DNA of 64,000 nucleotides from Naegleria gruberi. Lineage: Eukaryota. The stretch lies in the NCBI GenBank assembly GCA_000004985.1, contig GG738886.1; one strand, 5' to 3'. The position numbers were made by a program, and so were the translations under genes. The notes beneath the pieces are model-generated. The model searched no databases. It was not told where the DNA came from and saw only the letters and a list, made by a program, of their open reading frames with translations. Below are positions 58,701 to 64,000 of the stretch, in pieces (position 1 is the first letter of the stretch; each line of letters begins with the position of its first letter).

Positions 58701-61073
58701 NNNNNNNNNNNNNNNNNNNNNNNNNNNNNNNNNNNNNNNNNNNNNNNNNNNNNNNNNNNNNNNNNNNNNNNNNNNNNNNNNNNNNNNNNNNNNNNNNNNN
58801 NNNNNNNNNNNNNNNNNNNNNNNNNNNNNNNNNNNNNNNNNNNNNNNNNNNNNNNNNNNNNNNNNNNNNNNNNNNNNNNNNNNNNNNNNNNNNNNNNNNN
58901 NNNNNNNNNNNNNNNNNNNNNNNNNNNNNNNNNNNNNNNNNNNNNNNNNNNNNNNNNNNNNNNNNNNNNNNNNNNNNNNNNNNNNNNNNNNNNNNNNNNN
59001 NNNNNNNNNNNNNNNNNNNNNNNNNNNNNNNNNNNNNNNNNNNNNNNNNNNNNNNNNNNNNNNNNNNNNNNNNNNNNNNNNNNNNNNNNNNNNNNNNNNN
59101 NNNNNNNNNNNNNNNNNNNNNNNNNNNNNNNNNNNNNNNNNNNNNNNNNNNNNNNNNNNNNNNNNNNNNNNNNNNNNNNNNNNNNNNNNNNNNNNNNNNN
59201 NNNNNNNNNNNNNNNNNNNNNNNNNNNNNNNNNNNNNNNNNNNNNNNNNNNNNNNNNNNNNNNNNNNNNNNNNNNNNNNNNNNNNNNNNNNNNNNNNNNN
59301 NNNNNNNNNNNNNNNNNNNNNNNNNNNNNNNNNNNNNNNNNNNNNNNNNNNNNNNNNNNNNNNNNNNNNNNNNNNNNNNNNNNNNNNNNNNNNNNNNNNN
59401 NNNNNNNNNNNNNNNNNNNNNNNNNNNNNNNNNNNNNNNNNNNNNNNNNNNNNNNNNNNNNNNNNNNNNNNNNNNNNNNNNNNNNNNNNNNNNNNNNNNN
59501 NNNNNNNNNNNNNNNNNNNNNNNNNNNNNNNNNNNNNNNNNNNNNNNNNNNNNNNNNNNNNNNNNNNNNNNNNNNNNNNNNNNNNNNNNNNNNNNNNNNN
59601 NNNNNNNNNNNNNNNNNNNNNNNNNNNNNNNNNNNNNNNNNNNNNNNNNNNNNNNNNNNNNNNNNNNNNNNNNNNNNNNNNNNNNNNNNNNNNNNNNNNN
59701 NNNNNNNNNNNNNNNNNNNNNNNNNNNNNNNNNNNNNNNNNNNNNNNNNNNNNNNNNNNNNNNNNNNNNNNNNNNNNNNNNNNNNNNNNNNNNNNNNNNN
59801 NNNNNNNNNNNNNNNNNNNNNNNNNNNNNNNNNNNNNNNNNNNNNNNNNNNNNNNNNNNNNNNNNNNNNNNNNNNNNNNNNNNNNNNNNNNNNNNNNNNN
59901 NNNNNNNNNNNNNNNNNNNNNNNNNNNNNNNNNNNNNNNNNNNNNNNNNNNNNNNNNNNNNNNNNNNNNNNNNNNNNNNNNNNNNNNNNNNNNNNNNNNN
60001 NNNNNNNNNNNNNNNNNNNNNNNNNNNNNNNNNNNNNNNNNNNNNNNNNNNNNNNNNNNNNNNNNNNNNNNNNNNNNNNNNNNNNNNNNNNNNNNNNNNN
60101 NNNNNNNNNNNNNNNNNNNNNNNNNNNNNNNNNNNNNNNNNNNNNNNNNNNNNNNNNNNNNNNNNNNNNNNNNNNNNNNNNNNNNNNNNNNNNNNNNNNN
60201 NNNNNNNNNNNNNNNNNNNNNNNNNNNNNNNNNNNNNNNNNNNNNNNNNNNNNNNNNNNNNNNNNNNNNNNNNNNNNNNNNNNNNNNNNNNNNNNNNNNN
60301 NNNNNNNNNNNNNNNNNNNNNNNNNNNNNNNNNNNNNNNNNNNNNNNNNNNNNNNNNNNNNNNNNNNNNNNNNNNNNNNNNNNNNNNNNNNNNNNNNNNN
60401 NNNNNNNNNNNNNNNNNNNNNNNNNNNNNNNNNNNNNNNNNNNNNNNNNNNNNNNNNNNNNNNNNNNNNNNNNNNNNNNNNNNNNNNNNNNNNNNNNNNN
60501 NNNNNNNNNNNNNNNNNNNNNNNNNNNNNNNNNNNNNNNNNNNNNNNNNNNNNNNNNNNNNNNNNNNNNNNNNNNNNNNNNNNNNNNNNNNNNNNNNNNN
60601 NNNNNNNNNNNNNNNNNNNNNNNNNNNNNNNNNNNNNNNNNNNNNNNNNNNNNNNNNNNNNNNNNNNNNNNNNNNNNNNNNNNNNNNNNNNNNNNNNNNN
60701 NNNNNNNNNNNNNNNNNNNNNNNNNNNNNNNNNNNNNNNNNNNNNNNNNNNNNNNNNNNNNNNNNNNNNNNNNNNNNNNNNNNNNNNNNNNNNNNNNNNN
60801 NNNNNNNNNNNNNNNNNNNNNNNNNNNNNNNNNNNNNNNNNNNNNNNNNNNNNNNNNNNNNNNNNNNNNNNNNNNNNNNNNNNNNNNNNNNNNNNNNNNN
60901 NNNNNNNNNNNNNNNNNNNNNNNNNNNNNNNNNNNNNNNNNNNNNNNNNNNNNNNNNNNNNNNNNNNNNNNNNNNNNNNNNNNNNNNNNNNNNNNNNNNN
61001 NNNNNNNNNNNNNNNNNNNNNNNNNNNNNNNNNNNNNNNNNNNNNNNNNNNNNNNNNNNNNNNNNNNNNNNNN
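52789..61073. other. Assembly gap (8,285 N).
   Basis: Run of n. The two giant ORFs of 2,972 and 2,901 aa across it are artefacts of translating N. Confidence 0.95.
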
Positions 61074-61236
61074 GTTTGGGTATTTTGTTGGTTTTTTTAG
61101 TAAAGTTTTAAAAAAAGTATATAGTTCTTATCTAGTTATCGAGTTGTGGTGTAAATGTGTTGTTTTTAAGCTATTCGAAAGTAGTAACGATTTCGATATT
61201 CCGTTACTTTGCGTCACTTTGCGGACGGACTTATAT

Positions 61237-62214
61237 TCAATAAATTAATTTCATAGCTACTAGATTGGGATTAGTAGATTCATCAAACTTGTCTTCAACA
61301 AGAATTATTCTTAACAAGTATTCCATCAAAATTCTAGAACTAATTCTCTTTTGTTTGTCAATTTGTAGACAAGCTATTATAGCCCATTTTAGGTCTGAAT
61401 TGGGTAATTTCTTATTGAAAGCTTTCAAGATGAATTTATCAATTTCTGGTTGAGTCTTGAAATCTCTATGGAAATCAGTTGTCTTATCTTCAGATAAAAG
61501 TCTGTAAATGATTACACCAAGACACCAAATATCCAAAGATGATCCAACTTCATTAGTGGGAGGATTGTTATGTAATCTGCCAATATTTGTACAAGTAATT
61601 CTACTACTATCCACAACTTCGCACATTTCAAAATCTGCTAATCTAATTTTCACATTACCAGTTTTTTCATCATATTCTTCAACAAATATATTATCCAATT
61701 CAATATCTCTATGCACTACTTTCGAATTTTGATCTGCATGTAATGCTCGGAGAGCTTTAGAAAGCTGGTAAGTCAATAATGCAATTGTGTTTTCGGATAA
61801 ATTTGTCTTTTTAGAGAGTTGTTGCAAATCTCCAATTTCATAAAACGGCATCAATGTATACACATAACTGTCTCCTTCATAAAATCCCAAAATTTCAACA
61901 ATATGATGATGATTCAATAAAGATACAACCCGAGCAGCATTCCTCTCCCTCTCCAAAACTTCGTATTGTTCTGGTTCCTCCTCTTCATCAACCCTCCTTA
62001 CCACCCGAACAACAATATTGCGAATATTATTGTTATTATTCTTCTCGTAGTCAGAAACATTTTGATTAGCCTCATCCCCAACAACTTCCGAGAGACATTG
62101 TAGTACCGTTGCTCTTTCGCTATTGCTTTTGAGTATTTTTATTTGTGAATATTTACAGCCAGTTAATTGTTCCAATTCCACGAAAAAGTAGGTCTTGTGG
62201 AGTCTGCTTGACAT
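61237..62214 (-). CDS. Divergent protein kinase-like protein (CAMK-like catalytic loop, atypical DFE motif); possibly a pseudokinase. Subtelomeric.
   Basis: HRDIELDN catalytic loop, ADFEMCE in place of DFG, SLDIWCLGVIIYRLL (subdomain IX), no glycine-rich loop. ATG at 62214. 325 aa in a single exon. Confidence 0.55.
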   Translation of the reverse strand: MSSRLHKTYFFVELEQLTGCKYSQIKILKSNSERATVLQCLSEVVGDEANQNVSDYEKNNNNNIRNIVVRVVRRVDEEEEPEQYEVLERERNAARVVSLLNHHHIVEILGFYEGDSYVYTLMPFYEIGDLQQLSKKTNLSENTIALLTYQLSKALRALHADQNSKVVHRDIELDNIFVEEYDEKTGNVKIRLADFEMCEVVDSSRITCTNIGRLHNNPPTNEVGSSLDIWCLGVIIYRLLSEDKTTDFHRDFKTQPEIDKFILKAFNKKLPNSDLKWAIIACLQIDKQKRISSRILMEYLLRIILVEDKFDESTNPNLVAMKLIY

Positions 62215-62479
62215 ATGCTGAATGAATGGAAGGAATAAAGTGTAGGCAATTTTTTGAAGACTAGTACTTTTTTCGCTTGAAAAACAGGCAACAAATATTT
62301 AGGATAAAAAATAGCCTAAATGTCTACGAAAATAGTAAGGTGCTTATATTTCCATGGCAAAAGTTCTTGGTGTTGCCTTGTATATCATCATTAACAATAT
62401 TCATAATCACTTTCATATCAAATTATAAAAGTTCATGTCTGTAGATATAAAAGTATAGATTGAAAAGGGAAGATGTGAA

Positions 62480-62790
62480 GTACAATTGGTCAACAATAAC
62501 TTGTTAGTTTCTCATCAAAACATATTAAATCCTGACATGAAAATGTTCCATTTGATGAGTAAACATCGAATATCAAATTAATTTTCACTTTCATATTTAA
62601 AGATTTCTTCCCTCAATCACACATTGTCTACTATGATGAAAAGGTGGAAATCTTGAAAAAGGACCACCTATTGAAACTTTACCAACATGATGTAGATGAT
62701 ATATAATGATGTAGAATTCAATTTCATATCATAAAAATCAGAAATGGTACCATGGGAAGGTAAATGTTGATATATTATGGTTGACTTTAG
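62480..62790 (-). repeat. Subtelomeric repeat unit, inverted copy 2.
   Basis: The reverse complement of 62641-62775 aligns with 52128-52260 at about 90% identity. 62513-62590 is the reverse complement of 52300-52400. Confidence 0.7.
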
Positions 62791-62799
62791 AGAAAGACA

Positions 62800-63125
62800 A
62801 GTCAGACCAACTCTATCAACTTCAATCAACAATATATACATGAAAATGCTCCATTCGATGAGTAGAGATATAATATCAAGTTTATTTTAACTTTTATATT
62901 CACGATTTCAACTCTAACATGCCATCTGATAAACTATGGACACGGATGAATTTCTGGAAAATGACCACTTTATGAAACTTTACCATCATGTTATACATCT
63001 CTACTAATGTATATGGTTCAATTTTCAGACAGTTTGGTGACATTCTTTCTTTCAATAAGGCAAAGGGTGAATTTCAAGGTTGTCTTGGAAGATCAGGAGG
63101 AATCTTGAATATAGAGAACCACATC
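62800..63125 (-). repeat. Subtelomeric repeat unit, inverted copy 3, more diverged.
   Basis: The reverse complement of 62840-63020 aligns with 52218-52390 (atggtaaagtttca...gaaagttaaaataaa[c/t]ttgatatt...catttt). Confidence 0.6.
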
Positions 63126-63155
63126 CTCAATCTACAAAATACATATCAATCGATC

Positions 63156-63205
63156 NNNNNNNNNNNNNNNNNNNNNNNNNNNNNNNNNNNNNNNNNNNNN
63201 NNNNN
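63156..63205. other. Assembly gap (50 N).
   Basis: Run of n. Confidence 0.95.
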
Positions 63206-63310
63206 CTGTAAACATGAAAGTTAAAATAAATTTGATATTCGATGTTTACTCATCAAGTGGAACATTTTCATATTAGGATTCAATATGTTTTGATGAGAAA
63301 CTCAAAAGTT
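63206..63310 (+). repeat. Subtelomeric repeat unit, direct partial copy 4, 100% identical to 52296-52400.
   Basis: 105/105 identical (ctgtaaacatgaaagttaaaataaatttgatattcgatgtttactcatcaagtggaac...aaagttat). It then diverges into unique sequence instead of telomeric repeats. Confidence 0.85.
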
Positions 63311-63620
63311 ATAGTTGACCTCTTTTACCTCACATCTTCCCTTTTCACTCTATACTTTTATATCTACAGACATGAACTTTTGAAATTTGATATGAGAGTG
63401 ATTATAGATGTTGTTAATGATGATATATACTATATAATCTCATTAAACGATTTTGAAATTAACATTCTTCCTATGGTATCATTTTACAAATTTTAATCTT
63501 ACATTATTTACAAAGTTAATATTTTATAAATTGAAAAACTAAATATACCACGTTTTCCCACTCATCATTTCCGATCGAATGATATAAAATTTTATGATAT
63601 TTGAATAAGTTTATAATTTT

Positions 63621-64000
63621 GGGCTAGGGTTTGAAGGTTGGGTTTGGGTTTGGGTTTGGGTTTGGGTTTGGGTTTGGGTTTGGGTTTGGGTTTGGGTTTG
63701 GGTTTGGGTTTGGGTTTGGGTTTGGGTTTGGGTTTGGGTTTGGGTTTGGGTTTGGGTTTGGGTTTGGGTTTGGGTTTGGGTTTGGGTTTGGGTTTGGGTT
63801 TGGGTTTGGGTTTGGGTTTGGGTTTGGGTTTGGGTTTGGGTTTGGGTTTGGGTTTGGGTTTGGGTTTGGGTTTGGGTTTGGGTTTGGGTTTGGGTTTGGG
63901 TTTGGGTTTGGGTTTGGGTTTGGGTTTGGGTTTGGGTTTGGGTTTGGGTTTGGGTTTGGGTTTGGGTTTGGGTTTGGGTTTGGGTTTGGGTTTGGGTTTC
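63621..64000 (+). repeat. Telomere-like (TTTGGG)n array running off the window end; probable chromosome or scaffold terminus, G-strand 5' to 3'.
   Basis: After a degenerate start (gggctagggtttgaaggttgggtttggg), the gggttt hexamer is unbroken to position 64000. Confidence 0.85.

Noticed and set aside
52330-61248. Two giant ORFs (2,972 and 2,901 aa) made of [12 protein letters not shown] repeats and X residues.
   Set aside because: They are translations of the (TTTGGG)n array continuing through an 8.3-kb run of N, which has no stop codons. They are not genes.
63242-63496. 84-aa ORF starting [23 protein letters not shown], also present at 52330.
   Set aside because: It lies inside the duplicated subtelomeric repeat unit, is AT-rich and low-complexity, and matches no protein family. 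It is most likely a chance ORF within a repeat.
1-64000. Prokaryotic features such as CRISPR arrays, operons or Shine-Dalgarno-led genes.
   Set aside because: Gene structure (GT-AG introns, CaaX GTPase, F-box proteins, Pol III tRNA terminator, telomeric repeats) is clearly eukaryotic. No direct-repeat and spacer arrays were seen.

Overview
The window is AT-rich (by eye roughly two-thirds A+T), compact eukaryotic nuclear DNA, not prokaryotic. Genes sit 0.1-1 kb apart on both strands. Many are split by very short GT..AG introns, mostly 39-96 nt with a few of 200-250 nt; the donor is usually GTAGGT, GTAAGT or GTGAGT. Proteins carry poly-Asn, Ser and Gln low-complexity tracts. I hand-spliced most gene models from the ORF track. 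The gene content (hybrid histidine kinase, RWP-RK factor, many F-box/LRR proteins, a DUF4116-repeat protein, Rac) and the composition fit a free-living protist; a dictyostelid-like amoebozoan is plausible but not proven.

Recognisable genes, left to right:
- a large alpha-helical hypothetical protein;
- a type-I membrane protein with a PPC-like beta-sandwich;
- MAD1, with an intact Mad2-interaction motif;
- F-box/LRR proteins;
- a DUF4116-repeat protein;
- a 3-exon Rac GTPase;
- an elongator tRNA-Met;
- tRNA-dihydrouridine synthase;
- a 4-exon membrane protein of about 11 transmembrane segments;
- an MDR-family oxidoreductase;
- an M1 aminopeptidase;
- a rhomboid protease;
- an RWP-RK protein;
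- an MGST3-like MAPEG protein;
- a MAPK-like pseudokinase lying directly beside a 3-exon membrane hybrid histidine kinase;
- a 2H-phosphoesterase-like protein;
- a roughly 1,500-aa receptor-type class III nucleotidyl cyclase whose extracellular part is three tandem periplasmic-binding-protein (LivK/ANF-receptor-like) modules. A 50-N gap cuts off its 3' end.

The last 13 kb looks (sub)telomeric. It holds a family of roughly 250-300 bp repeats in direct and inverted copies, and two (TTTGGG)n arrays that are G-rich on the + strand. One array is internal and runs into an 8.3 kb N gap; the other runs off the window end. A divergent kinase-like gene lies between them.

I did not see a CRISPR array, rRNA gene or prokaryotic operon.
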